The position numbers and the translations under genes were made by a program. This document shows positions 49,820-58,653 of a stretch of DNA of 64,000 nucleotides, piece by piece. The stretch lies in the NCBI GenBank assembly GCA_963716255.1, contig OY970303.1, positions 1,216,001-1,280,000 on the forward strand. Direction: 5' to 3'. Within the stretch, counting starts at the first letter, position 1; every line of letters begins with the position of its first letter. This stretch comes from an uncultured Gemmatimonadales bacterium. GTDB lineage: Bacteria > Gemmatimonadota > Gemmatimonadetes > Longimicrobiales > Longimicrobiaceae. The notes below the pieces were generated by a model. It saw nothing but the letters and a program-made list of their open reading frames with translations, was not told where the DNA came from and did not search any database.

Positions 49820-50218
49820 TCAGAGCGCCGCCGACTCGGCGCCCGCGGGAGCGAGAAGGTGCTGCGGCGCGTCCCCCCAGAGCCGCTCCAGCTGGTAGAA
49901 CTCGCGCGCGGCGGGGTGGAACACGTGCACCACGAAATCGAAGTAGTCCACCAGGACCCAGCGGCCACCGCGCAGCCCCTCGACGTTGACGGGGCGGACC
50001 CCCTCCTTCTTGAGATCGTCGATCAGGCTGTCCGCGATGGCGGTGACGTGCGTGTCGGAGCGGCCCGTGGCCACCAGGAACCAGTCCGTGGCGGTGGACA
50101 GCCCCTTGAGCTCCATCACGACGACGTCGGCGGCCTTGCGGTCGAAGAGTGCGTCCACGGCCCGCCGGACCTGCGGCGGGAGATCGAGGGTCTCGGGCGC
50201 GACTGCGGCTTCGCTCAT
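49820..50218 (-). CDS. rsfS: Ribosome silencing factor RsfS
   Basis: DRKAADV, TDWFLVATG.S..HV, WVLVDY.D.VVHVF...REFYQLERLW. Confidence 0.93.
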   Translation of the reverse strand: MSEAAVAPETLDLPPQVRRAVDALFDRKAADVVVMELKGLSTATDWFLVATGRSDTHVTAIADSLIDDLKKEGVRPVNVEGLRGGRWVLVDYFDFVVHVFHPAAREFYQLERLWGDAPQHLLAPAGAESAAL

Positions 50219-50384
50219 CCGGTCTGTGGGTGCGTGCGTTGACTTGGAACCGCGTCCCGCCGCAAAGGTGCGGGACGCGCGTGCGAACGGCAAGAACGGG
50301 ACCCGCCGGCGGGCCGCAAGCGGCGCGGGGGAGCCGCCCCGTGGACGGCTCCCCCGCGGCAGGCCGACCGCCGGAGCGGCCGCC

Positions 50385-50831
50385 TCACCCCTCCTGGATG
50401 ACCCAGACCTTGATCTCCGGGCGCACCTGCGAGTGCAGGCGGATGGGGACGGTGAAGACCCCGAGCGCCTTGATGGGCTCGTCCAGCTCGATCTGGCGGC
50501 GCTCCACCTCCAGCCCCATCTCGGCCAGCTTGTCGGCGATGTCGCCGTTGGTGATGGAGCCGAACAGCTTGCCTTCCTGCCCGGCGCGGGCGTTGAAGGT
50601 GAGGGAGACTCCCTCCAGCGTCCCGGCCCGCGCGCGGGCGGCCGCCAGCGTCTCCGTCTCCGTCTTCTCGCGCGCGACCTTCTCCCGCTCGATCTGGCGG
50701 ACGTTGCCCGGGGTGGCCTGGTAGGCGAGCCCCTGCGGGATCAGGTAGTTGCGGGCGTAGCCCGCCTTCACGTCGACGACTTCCCCGGCATCGCCGAGGT
50801 TCTCAAGCCGCTCTCTGAGGATGACCTGCAT
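50385..50831 (-). CDS. rplI: 50S ribosomal protein L9
   Basis: MQVIL...LG..G.VV.VKAGYARNYLIP, GKLFGSIT. Confidence 0.97.
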   Translation of the reverse strand: MQVILRERLENLGDAGEVVDVKAGYARNYLIPQGLAYQATPGNVRQIEREKVAREKTETETLAAARARAGTLEGVSLTFNARAGQEGKLFGSITNGDIADKLAEMGLEVERRQIELDEPIKALGVFTVPIRLHSQVRPEIKVWVIQEG

Positions 50832-50861
50832 GATGGACGACTCCTTGGGATAAGCAATCGG

Positions 50862-51809
50862 TCAGGCGCGGGAGACCTGGGCCCCCCGCTTCCGAAGATC
50901 CAGCCACGTGTCCCCGAGACCGACCGCAAGGGCGGCGACGAGGACGAACTGCGAGAGGGGCGTCAGGGCGAACACGCCCACGAACAGGGCCACGACCAAG
51001 GGCGAGACCCGCGTGGCGTGCAGGAACACGCCCATTCCCCGGAGCGCGTACAGCCCGCCCATGAGCGCGAGGGCGTTGGCCCCCGCGCGCGTCGGCCCCG
51101 GTCCCAGGGGGAGGAGCACCAGCACGAGCCCCGCGATGGCTACCCACACGAGGTGGTCGCTGAAGCGGAACTCGCGCAGCGGGCCGAGCTGCGCCCACCG
51201 GCCGCCGTGCGGCGCGAAACGGACGAAGAGCCACCAGCCGAGCGCCAGCCCGGCCAGCGTCTGCAGCGCCGCGAGCGCAGGGAACACGGTCCACTGCGCC
51301 TCCCCCGCCGTCTTCACCGCCCCAGCCAGCACCTCCGTCCAGGACGACCCCGCGGACGCCTGGGCCGTGAGCTGCGCCGCGACCTGCGCGGTCACCTCAC
51401 GGACGTCACGCTGCACCCGGCCGTCCAGCACGCCCCACGCGCCGCTCGCCGCGAGCCACGCGCCGACGGTGACGGAGGCCGCCCCCAGCGCGGCGAGCGC
51501 CCGCGGGAAGAACGCCCACGCGGGCCGGCCGAGCGTCGCGAGGGCGAAGCCCCCGGCCGCGGCCAGCACCCACGCCAGCGTCGCCGACTCGGCCAGGTCC
51601 GCCGGACGGAAGCCGGCGAGCGCCAGCGCGAGCCCGGCGACCCCCAGCACCGCGACCACAGGGCGGCGCGGAGGAAGCACGACGAGCAGCGTGGAGAGCG
51701 CGACGGCCAGCAGGAGGAGCCAGTCGAGGACGGGGAAGAGCATCGCGGCGACGACGAGCGCCGCCGCGGTCCCCCACCACCCCCGGCCGGACTCCTCCCG
51801 GGAGCTCAT
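50862..51809 (-). CDS. YybS/DUF2232-family membrane protein
   Basis: Polytopic; FRFSDHLVW and GLGDTWLDLR motifs; typical position between rpsR and rplI. Confidence 0.8.
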   Translation of the reverse strand: MSSREESGRGWWGTAAALVVAAMLFPVLDWLLLLAVALSTLLVVLPPRRPVVAVLGVAGLALALAGFRPADLAESATLAWVLAAAGGFALATLGRPAWAFFPRALAALGAASVTVGAWLAASGAWGVLDGRVQRDVREVTAQVAAQLTAQASAGSSWTEVLAGAVKTAGEAQWTVFPALAALQTLAGLALGWWLFVRFAPHGGRWAQLGPLREFRFSDHLVWVAIAGLVLVLLPLGPGPTRAGANALALMGGLYALRGMGVFLHATRVSPLVVALFVGVFALTPLSQFVLVAALAVGLGDTWLDLRKRGAQVSRA

Positions 51810-52031
51810 TCAGCTCTCGTGACCCGCGATGTACGGCAGCAGGGCCAGGTAGCGCGCCCGCTTGATCGCGGTGCCCACCTGGCGCTGGTGGCGCGCGCAG
51901 GTGCCGCTGATCCGGCGGGGAAGGATCTTCCCGCGCTCGGTGACGAAGCGGGACAGGGTCCGCTCGTCCTTGTAGTCGATGGTCCGCATCCCGGACTCGC
52001 AGATGGAACAGGCCTTACGCTGTGGACGCAT
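51810..52031 (-). CDS. rpsR: 30S ribosomal protein S18 (Cys-containing, Zn-binding form)
   Basis: CSIC...IDYKD...[17 protein letters not shown]. Confidence 0.97.
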   Translation of the reverse strand: MRPQRKACSICESGMRTIDYKDERTLSRFVTERGKILPRRISGTCARHQRQVGTAIKRARYLALLPYIAGHES

Positions 52032-52033
52032 GG

Positions 52034-52405
52034 TTATTCCTCCTCCCCTTCTTCGCCTTCCTCGTCCTCGTCGCGCTTGGGCGCCGGCGGAACGGGGGTC
52101 GTGGCCAGGTCGCCCTCGTTGACGACGATGAGGTAGCGGAGCAGCTCCTCGTCGAGGGTCAGGATGCGCTCGTACTCCGGAAGGAGCGCGCCGTCGGTGG
52201 TGAACTGCGTCACTACGTAGTACCCGCTGGTCTGGTCCTCGATGGCGTAGGCGAGCTGCCGACGGCCCCAGTGGTCGAGGGCGGTGATCTCGCCGCCGTT
52301 GTCACCCGCGATCAGGCCGTGGAAGCGGGTGAGCTTCTCGTTCACCCGCTCCTCCTCGACGGAGGGGTGAAAGATGTACACGATCTCGTAGTCTCTCAAT
52401 GTCAC
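52034..52405 (-). CDS. rpsF: 30S ribosomal protein S6
   Basis: [26 protein letters not shown]. Start is GTG 52405 or TTG 52399. Confidence 0.96.
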   Translation of the reverse strand: MTLRDYEIVYIFHPSVEEERVNEKLTRFHGLIAGDNGGEITALDHWGRRQLAYAIEDQTSGYYVVTQFTTDGALLPEYERILTLDEELLRYLIVVNEGDLATTPVPPAPKRDEDEEGEEGEEE

Positions 52406-52455
52406 CTATCCTTTGGACATGAGGCCCCGCGCCGGTGCGCGCGGAGCAGGGACAA
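52400..52455 (-). promoter_or_regulatory. Putative S6:S18 autoregulatory leader RNA
   Basis: CCCTGCTCC-GCGC...GCGC-GGGGCCTCATGTCCAAAGGA directly before rpsF; resembles the known rpsF leader in which a stem pairs into the RBS. Confidence 0.5.
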
Positions 52456-52492
52456 AAAAGATGCTGCCCCCGCGGTTCGGGGACAGCAAGGG

Positions 52493-52521
52493 AATATATC
52501 ACCGGGGCCGCCTATTTACAA
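52493..52521 (-). promoter_or_regulatory. Sigma70-like promoter of the rpsF operon
   Basis: TTGTAA-N17-TATATT with an extended -10 TG. Confidence 0.65.
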
Positions 52522-52642
52522 CCCGAAGGCCGCCCGCCGCTTCCGGCGACGTCGCCCCGGGGCGGTCACCCGTCGCCGGGACGGGCTCGCGCTCCACGCG
52601 GGGTGGTTTGACAGCGGCGGCGGCGCCGCACAGCTTGCCGGG

Positions 52643-53392
52643 ATGGACGCACGCCGCCTCGCCGCCGACCCGCTCCTCGCCGACTACGCGCTGCTCGCCG
52701 AGGGGAGCGCGCGCATGCTGGTGCGCCGCGGCTACGAGGCCCACGCCGCGCTGCTGGGGCTGCGCGGCGTCCCGGAGGCCACGGCGGGGTGGGCGGGCGG
52801 CGGGCGGGCGCCCCACCCGGTGGCCGCCCTCCCGGACGGCGAGGCGGCGGCGGTCCGCACCTTCCGTCGCGGCGGCGCCGTGCGCCACCTGAACCGCGGC
52901 CGCTACTTCCTGGGGCACCGCGCTTTCGCGGAACTGCGCGCGGCGGAGGCGGCCCGGCGCGGCGGGGTGCGCACTCCCCTGGCCCTCGCCGCCACGGAGC
53001 GCGGCGCCGGGCTGGGCTACACGGCCCACTTCGCCACGCTGTGGATCCCCGGTGCGCTCGACCTGGCGTCCCGGCTCGGCAGGGACGAGGCGGACGCCAC
53101 CGGCGTCCTGGCCGAGGCCGGGCGGCAGGTGGGGAGGATGCACCTGGCCGGTGTCGCGCACCCGGACCTCAACCTCCGCAACCTGCTGGTGCGCGGCGCG
53201 GAGGTGTACCTGCTCGACTTCGACCGGGCGCGCGTGTACCCGGGGCCGGTCCCCGGCTGCCAGCGCGAGCGCGACCTGCTGCGCCTGGCCCGCTCCGCCC
53301 GCAAGCTGCGCGCTCCCCTCGGCGCCGGCGGGTGGGCGGCCTTCCGCGAGGGCTACGGACCCGGCTGGCCGCTCCGCGACGACATCGGATAG
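52643..53392 (+). CDS. Lipopolysaccharide kinase (KdkA/InaA family)
   Basis: RTFRRGG, RAFAEL, HPDLNLRNLL, YLLDFDRA, LLRLARS. Confidence 0.8.
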   Translation: MDARRLAADPLLADYALLAEGSARMLVRRGYEAHAALLGLRGVPEATAGWAGGGRAPHPVAALPDGEAAAVRTFRRGGAVRHLNRGRYFLGHRAFAELRAAEAARRGGVRTPLALAATERGAGLGYTAHFATLWIPGALDLASRLGRDEADATGVLAEAGRQVGRMHLAGVAHPDLNLRNLLVRGAEVYLLDFDRARVYPGPVPGCQRERDLLRLARSARKLRAPLGAGGWAAFREGYGPGWPLRDDIG

Positions 53393-54405
53393 CGGGCCAG
53401 CGCCAGATCTACCTTTTCCGCCACCGCGCCGGTCGTGATCCGCTCCATGCGCCCGGGGCGGTTCCCGGCGCCGGCGGAGTAGTCCTCGCCCGGATCGCCG
53501 TACGCGTCCACCAGCAGGTCGTGGAAGCGGCGGTACGGGCCGTACCGCTTGGGGTTGGTATAGCCCATCAGCGACACCGTGGGCGTCCCCAGCGCCACGC
53601 CCACGTGCAGCGGCCCGGTGTCCGGGGAGACCAGCACGTCGGCGCGGTCCAGCAGGTACGCCAGACGGCGCAGGTCCCACTCCCGCAGGTCCAGCGGCGG
53701 GCGTGCGGCCAGGCGGCGGATCTCCGCCGCGGCGGCCTCCTCCCGCGCCGACTTTCCCCCCACCAGGATCGCGCGCGCGCCCAGCTCGCCCTGCACCCGG
53801 TCCACCAGCGCGGCGTAGCGGTCCGCCGGCCACTCCTTTTCCGGCTTGCTCGTCCCCACCACCACCGCGACCGTGGGGCGCTCCGACGCCGGGAGGAGGT
53901 GGGCGTAGCGCGCCCGCTCCTCCGCGGTGGGCCCCAGTCCCCACTCCCGCACCACCGGCACGCCCAGCGCCTCCACGAACTCCAGGTACTCATCCTGCAC
54001 GTGGCCCCGCGGCCGGGGGGGGATGCGGTGCGTGGAAAAGAGCCAGGTGAGGTCGCGCGCCCTCGCCCGGTCGTACCCCAGCCGCACCGGCGCGCGGGCC
54101 GCGGCGGCGACCAGCCCGGCCTTGAGGTACGCCTGGAGGTTGAGGACCACGTCGAAGGGTCGGCCGGCGAGCTCGCGGCGCAGCTCCAGCAGGCCGCGCG
54201 CGCCACGCCTGCGGTCGAAGAGGACGATCTCGTCCACCGCCGGGTGGCCGCGGACCAGCTCCGCGGAGGCGCGCTGCAGGATCCAGGTGACGCGCGACTC
54301 CGGGCGGTGCCGCTTCAGCGAGGCGAGCACCGGGAGCACGTGGACCGCGTTCCCCACCGTGCTCACCATCACCACGCCCACGCGGTCCAGGGGGACGCGG
54401 ATCAC
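53353..54405 (-). CDS. Glycosyltransferase family 9 (heptosyltransferase-like), with GN in place of the GD motif
   Basis: STVGNAVH, GHPAVDEI, KEWP, SPDTGPLH; GTGA overlap with the upstream paralogue. Confidence 0.88.
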   Translation of the reverse strand: MIRVPLDRVGVVMVSTVGNAVHVLPVLASLKRHRPESRVTWILQRASAELVRGHPAVDEIVLFDRRRGARGLLELRRELAGRPFDVVLNLQAYLKAGLVAAAARAPVRLGYDRARARDLTWLFSTHRIPPRPRGHVQDEYLEFVEALGVPVVREWGLGPTAEERARYAHLLPASERPTVAVVVGTSKPEKEWPADRYAALVDRVQGELGARAILVGGKSAREEAAAAEIRRLAARPPLDLREWDLRRLAYLLDRADVLVSPDTGPLHVGVALGTPTVSLMGYTNPKRYGPYRRFHDLLVDAYGDPGEDYSAGAGNRPGRMERITTGAVAEKVDLALARYPMSSRSGQPGP

Positions 54406-55442
54406 GCCGCCCCGCGGTAGCGGCGGTCCCAGGTCTCCACGCGGGCGAGCACGTCCGCGACGCCGATCCGCTCCATCCGCCCCGGCCGCTTCTCCACCGA
54501 GACCGGATAGTCCTCGCCCGGGTCGCCGTACGCGTCGACCATGAGGTCGTGGAAGCGGCGGTACGGCCCCACCCGCCTGGGGTTGACGTAGCCGAGAAGC
54601 GAGATGGTGGGCGTTCCCAGGGCGACCGCGATGTGCATGGGGCCCGTGTCCAGCGAGACCACCAGCTCCGAGCCCTCCAGCACTCCCACCAGCTCGCGGA
54701 AGGGGATCCCCAGCGTGGAGACCACCTCCGTGCGGGCGAGCTCGCGGATGCGGCGCTCGGTCTCCAGCTCGCGCGCGGAGCGCCCGCCCGCCAGCACCGG
54801 GCGCAGGCCATGGCGCTCGGCGAGGGCGTCGCACAGCTCGGCCCACCGCTCCGGCAGCCACTCCTTGCGCGGGTCGCTCGCCCCGATCACCAGCGCCGCC
54901 GCAGGGCGGTCCAGCGACGCGAAGAACTCCCTCTGCCGCGGCCGCTCGTGCTCCCACGGTCCCAGCCCCCACTGCACCGGCTCGTCGGCGACGCCCATGT
55001 GGTGCAGGAACTCGAAGTACTGGTCCTGCACGTGCTGCGGCTCGTGCGGCGGGATCCGGTGGGTGGTCGCCAGCCAGTTGAGGTCGCGGGCGCGCGCCCG
55101 GTCGAAGCCGAGCTTCACCGGCGCCGTCAGCATCGCGGTCACCACCGACGCCTTGAAGTACACCTGCAGGTCCAGCACCAGGTCGAAGCGGCGCCCCGCG
55201 AGCCGCCGCCCGAGCGCGCCGAATGCCCGCCACCCGCCGGAGCGCTCGAACGGTACGATCTCGTCCACGGCGGGGTGGCCGCGCACCAGCGAGGCCGGGC
55301 CGGGCTGCAGGATCCAGGTGACGTGGCACGAGGGATCGTGGCGCTTCAGCGCCGTCACCACCGCCAGGGCGTGCACCGCGTCCCCCACCGCGCTCATCAT
55401 CACCAGGCAGATGCGCGGGGAGGGCGGAAGGACCAGGGACAT
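54402..55442 (-). CDS. Glycosyltransferase family 9 (heptosyltransferase-like)
   Basis: SAVGDAVH, DLVLDLQ, SLDTGPMH. Confidence 0.9.
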   Translation of the reverse strand: MSLVLPPSPRICLVMMSAVGDAVHALAVVTALKRHDPSCHVTWILQPGPASLVRGHPAVDEIVPFERSGGWRAFGALGRRLAGRRFDLVLDLQVYFKASVVTAMLTAPVKLGFDRARARDLNWLATTHRIPPHEPQHVQDQYFEFLHHMGVADEPVQWGLGPWEHERPRQREFFASLDRPAAALVIGASDPRKEWLPERWAELCDALAERHGLRPVLAGGRSARELETERRIRELARTEVVSTLGIPFRELVGVLEGSELVVSLDTGPMHIAVALGTPTISLLGYVNPRRVGPYRRFHDLMVDAYGDPGEDYPVSVEKRPGRMERIGVADVLARVETWDRRYRGAA

Positions 55443-55637
55443 CGGGACGGGACTCACGGGTCGAGGGATCCCGCGGACCGGCTCGCCGGCCGCGGACGGA
55501 AGCCTAAAGGTATGCGGCGGGCCGGAGGAAGGGGAGCGTGGCATCCCGAACCGGGGAAGGTTAGAATTCCCCCGTCCCGACGGGCGGGGCTCCGGGCGGC
55601 CGCCGGCGCGCCCGGATTCACGTGAACACGCAGCAGA

Positions 55638-55859
55638 ATGAACGAGACGATCGGCTCCCTGATCGCGCAGCTCGCGCAGACCAACGTGGAGCTCTGGCAC
55701 GAGGAGGACAAGGCGCGCGTGGAGGACGACCACCAGGTCGCCGCTGCAAAGCGCGCGGTGGACCGCCTGAACCAGCGGCGCAACGACCTCATCGAGCGGA
55801 TCGACGGGGCGGTGATGGAGCTGGTGCGCGAGGCGCAGGGGGCGGGCGACCGTGGCTGA
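55638..55859 (+). CDS. DUF4254-like protein, N-terminal half
   Basis: LWHEEDKAR...[19 protein letters not shown]. Confidence 0.75.
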   Translation: MNETIGSLIAQLAQTNVELWHEEDKARVEDDHQVAAAKRAVDRLNQRRNDLIERIDGAVMELVREAQGAGDRG

Positions 55860-56121
55860 GACGGTCGGCTCCCTCGTGGACAAGCTCAGCATCGTGGAGC
55901 TGAAGATCTACCACATGCAGGAGCAGGCGGAGCGCGAGGACGCTGCGCCGGAGTTCCGCGAGCGGTGCGGGGAGCGGCTCGCCATCCTCCGCGTGCAGCG
56001 CGACGACCTGGCGGAGGAGCTTTCGGGGCTCCTCGGCGACATCGCCTCGGGAAGGACCGTCCCCAAGGTGTACCGGCAGTTCAAGATGTACAACGACCCG
56101 CAGTACCGGCGCGAGTCCTGA
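55852..56121 (+). CDS. DUF4254-like protein, C-terminal half
   Basis: [20 protein letters not shown]...QRDDL...[12 protein letters not shown]. Confidence 0.78.
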   Translation: MAETVGSLVDKLSIVELKIYHMQEQAEREDAAPEFRERCGERLAILRVQRDDLAEELSGLLGDIASGRTVPKVYRQFKMYNDPQYRRES

Positions 56122-56149
56122 CCCCGTCCTCTTCCACAGCCACGAATCC

Positions 56150-57892
56150 ATGCAGCGAAACCACGTCGTCCCGGGCGTGCTGCTTGCCCTCGCCGCGTGC
56201 GCGCCGGCGGCCGTCCCCCCGCCGGCCGTGGCTCCGCCCGCCGCCGCGGCCCCCGAGGTGCCCACCGCCGCCGCGGCGGACATGGTGCTCCGCGGAGGCC
56301 GTGTCTTCCTGGCCGACGAGGCGAACACCGTCGCCCAGGCCGTGGCCGTCCGCGACGGCAGGGTGGTGGCCGCCGGCAGCGACGCCGAGATCGCGCCGCT
56401 GGTGGGCGCGCGAACACAGGTGGTGGAGCTGGCCGGGCGGCTGGTGACCCCCGGCTTCAACGACGCGCACATCCACTTCGCCTCGGGAGGGGCGTCGCTG
56501 CTCGCCGTGAACCTGACGGGCACCACGTCCCTGGCGGAGATCGAGCGGCGCCTTGCGGCGGGCGTCGCGGCGGCGCAGCCGGGCGAGTGGGTGGTGGGAC
56601 GCGGGTGGGATCACACCCGCCTGGCGCGGGAGGAGGTGGGGACGGACGGGTGGCCGGGACGAGCCCTGCTGGACAGGGTGGCCCCGGACAACCCGGTGTT
56701 CCTGTCTCGGGTGGACGGGCACGTGGCCTGGGTGAACCGCCGCGCCCTGGAAGCGGCGGGAATCGGCCCGCGGACCCGCGCGCCCCAGGGCGGCGAGATC
56801 GTCCGCGACCCGCGCACCGGCGAGGCCACCGGGATCCTCAAGGAGAGCGCCACCGAGCTGGTGCTGCGCCGCATCCCCGACCCCACCCCGGCGCAGGTGA
56901 TGCGGGGGATCCGCGCCGCCCAGGACATGGCCGCGCGCACCGGCGTCACCAGCGTGCAGACCAGCGCCACCGCCGCGGACGTGCGCGCCTACCGGGAGCT
57001 GCTGGACCGCGACTCGCTCACGGTGCGCGTCTACGCCTGGCACCCGCTCTCGCGGGAGACCATCCGCGACTTCCGCGAGCTGGGGATCACTGCGGGCTCC
57101 GGCGGCGACTGGCTGCGCACCGGGATGCTCAAGGGGTACACGGACGGCACGCTCGGCTCCCGCACCGCGTACATGCTGGAGCCCTTCGCCGACGACCACG
57201 CCACCCACGGGCTGGCCCAGTACACCGACGCGCAGCTGGACTCGCTGGTGACCGCCGCCGACGCGGCGGGCCTCCAGGTGATCCTCCACGCCATCGGCGA
57301 CGCGGCCAACCGGCAGGCGCTGGACGCCTTCGAGCAGGCCGCCCGCGCCAACGGCACCCGCGGCCGGCGACACCGGGTGGAGCACGCGCAGATCCTCGAC
57401 CGCGCCGACATCCCGCGCTTCGCCCGCCTGGGGGTGATCGCCTCCATGCAGCCCACGCACGCCACCAGCGACATGCGCTGGGCGGAGACCCGCATCGGCC
57501 GGGAGCGCGCCGCCGAGGGCGCGTACGCCTGGCGCTCGCTCCTGGACGCCGGGGCGACGGTGGTCTTCGGGACGGACTTCGCGGTGGAGCCCATGGCCCC
57601 GGTGGAGGGGATCTACTCCGCGGTGACGCGCCAGAGCCGCGAGGAGCTGGGGACCCCGCCGGGAGGGTGGCTCCCCGAGCAGCGCCTGACGCGCGAGGAG
57701 GCCATCCGCCTGTACACCGCGGCCTCGGCGTACGGCGAATGGCAGGAGGGGCGCAAGGGAACGCTGCGCCCGGGGATGCTGGCGGACCTGGTGGTGTGGG
57801 ACCGGGACCTGCTCACCGTCGCCGAGGCGGACATCCTCCGGGCGGTGCCCGACCTGACGGTGGTGGGGGGCCGGGTGGTCTTCCGGAAGTAG
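56150..57892 (+). CDS. Amidohydrolase 3 (YtcJ-like) lipoprotein
   Basis: Lipobox LAAC; PGFNDAHIH, DGTLGSRTA, HAIGD, RVEHAQ, GTD. Confidence 0.92.
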   Translation: MQRNHVVPGVLLALAACAPAAVPPPAVAPPAAAAPEVPTAAAADMVLRGGRVFLADEANTVAQAVAVRDGRVVAAGSDAEIAPLVGARTQVVELAGRLVTPGFNDAHIHFASGGASLLAVNLTGTTSLAEIERRLAAGVAAAQPGEWVVGRGWDHTRLAREEVGTDGWPGRALLDRVAPDNPVFLSRVDGHVAWVNRRALEAAGIGPRTRAPQGGEIVRDPRTGEATGILKESATELVLRRIPDPTPAQVMRGIRAAQDMAARTGVTSVQTSATAADVRAYRELLDRDSLTVRVYAWHPLSRETIRDFRELGITAGSGGDWLRTGMLKGYTDGTLGSRTAYMLEPFADDHATHGLAQYTDAQLDSLVTAADAAGLQVILHAIGDAANRQALDAFEQAARANGTRGRRHRVEHAQILDRADIPRFARLGVIASMQPTHATSDMRWAETRIGRERAAEGAYAWRSLLDAGATVVFGTDFAVEPMAPVEGIYSAVTRQSREELGTPPGGWLPEQRLTREEAIRLYTAASAYGEWQEGRKGTLRPGMLADLVVWDRDLLTVAEADILRAVPDLTVVGGRVVFRK

Positions 57893-57917
57893 CCCGCCCC
57901 CGCGGAGCTCGCATAAG

Positions 57918-57951
57918 GAGAGGGGCTCCCGGACGGCCGGGAGCCCCTCTC
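57918..57951. terminator. Hairpin between the convergent amidohydrolase and antitoxin genes
   Basis: GAGAGGGGCTCCCGG-ACGG-CCGGGAGCCCCTCTC. Confidence 0.6.
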
Positions 57952-57952
57952 G

Positions 57953-58291
57953 TCACCGGGCCGGGTCGTCCGGCCGCCTTCGCTCGCGCACCATCCGCAG
58001 CCCCCCGCCGGTGGGCCGCCTGAACGGGCTGCGCAGCTCCTGGTCGATCCGCTCCGCCAGGAACACCTTGATCAGCGACTGGTACGGCACGTCCCTGCGG
58101 TTGGCCAGCAGCCTGATCTCTTCAAGCATCATCTCCGGCAGCCGCAGGGAGATGGTGCGGGTGGACGGCTTGAGCTCCGGGAGCACCACCCGGCGCGCGC
58201 GGCTCCAGTCCACGTAGTCGACGGAGTCGTGCTCCGCCCAGAACTCCCGCTCCTCCTCCTCGCTCTCGAACCGCGGAAGCTTGTCGCTCAC
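57953..58291 (-). CDS. BrnA/CopG-family antitoxin
   Basis: LPRFESEEEEREFWAEHD...TISLRLP...VPYQSLIK; GTGA overlap with the toxin. Confidence 0.88.
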   Translation of the reverse strand: MSDKLPRFESEEEEREFWAEHDSVDYVDWSRARRVVLPELKPSTRTISLRLPEMMLEEIRLLANRRDVPYQSLIKVFLAERIDQELRSPFRRPTGGGLRMVRERRRPDDPAR

Positions 58292-58590
58292 AGGCTGCCG
58301 TAGACCTTTCTTTCGTTGCGGCTCATGTCGCGCGCCGAGATCACCCGGAGGAGCGCGCCACGAATGGCGAACACCACGAAGAGCATCCTCCCCCCGTCCG
58401 CGTGCCCCAGCGCGAAGAAGCGCTCCTCCCGCTGCGAGTGTCCCTCGTCCACGGCGACGACCAGCGGCTGGTTGAAGAAGACTTCCTCGCACTCGCCGGT
58501 GGAAACGCCGTGCTTGATCCGGTTCTTGTCGCGGTTCCCCGCGTCCCAGTCGAAGCCCTCACAGGACGCGAGCCGCTCTGTCGGCTCCAT
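58288..58590 (-). CDS. BrnT-family ribonuclease toxin
   Basis: FDWD..N..KN..KHGV...ECEEVF, EERF.ALG, RVISARDM...ER..Y. Confidence 0.9.
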   Translation of the reverse strand: MEPTERLASCEGFDWDAGNRDKNRIKHGVSTGECEEVFFNQPLVVAVDEGHSQREERFFALGHADGGRMLFVVFAIRGALLRVISARDMSRNERKVYGSL

Positions 58591-58593
58591 CAA

Positions 58594-58620
58594 TGTATAT
58601 TCCTCAAATATACAAGTCAA
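58594..58620 (-). promoter_or_regulatory. TA operator palindrome overlapping a sigma70-like promoter
   Basis: TGTATATT-N5-AATATACA perfect inverted repeat (58594-58614); TTGACT -35 hexamer at 58615-58620. Confidence 0.65.
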
Positions 58621-58653
58621 CTCCGGTCCCCGTCCTCTGCCCGGCGGGACGGG

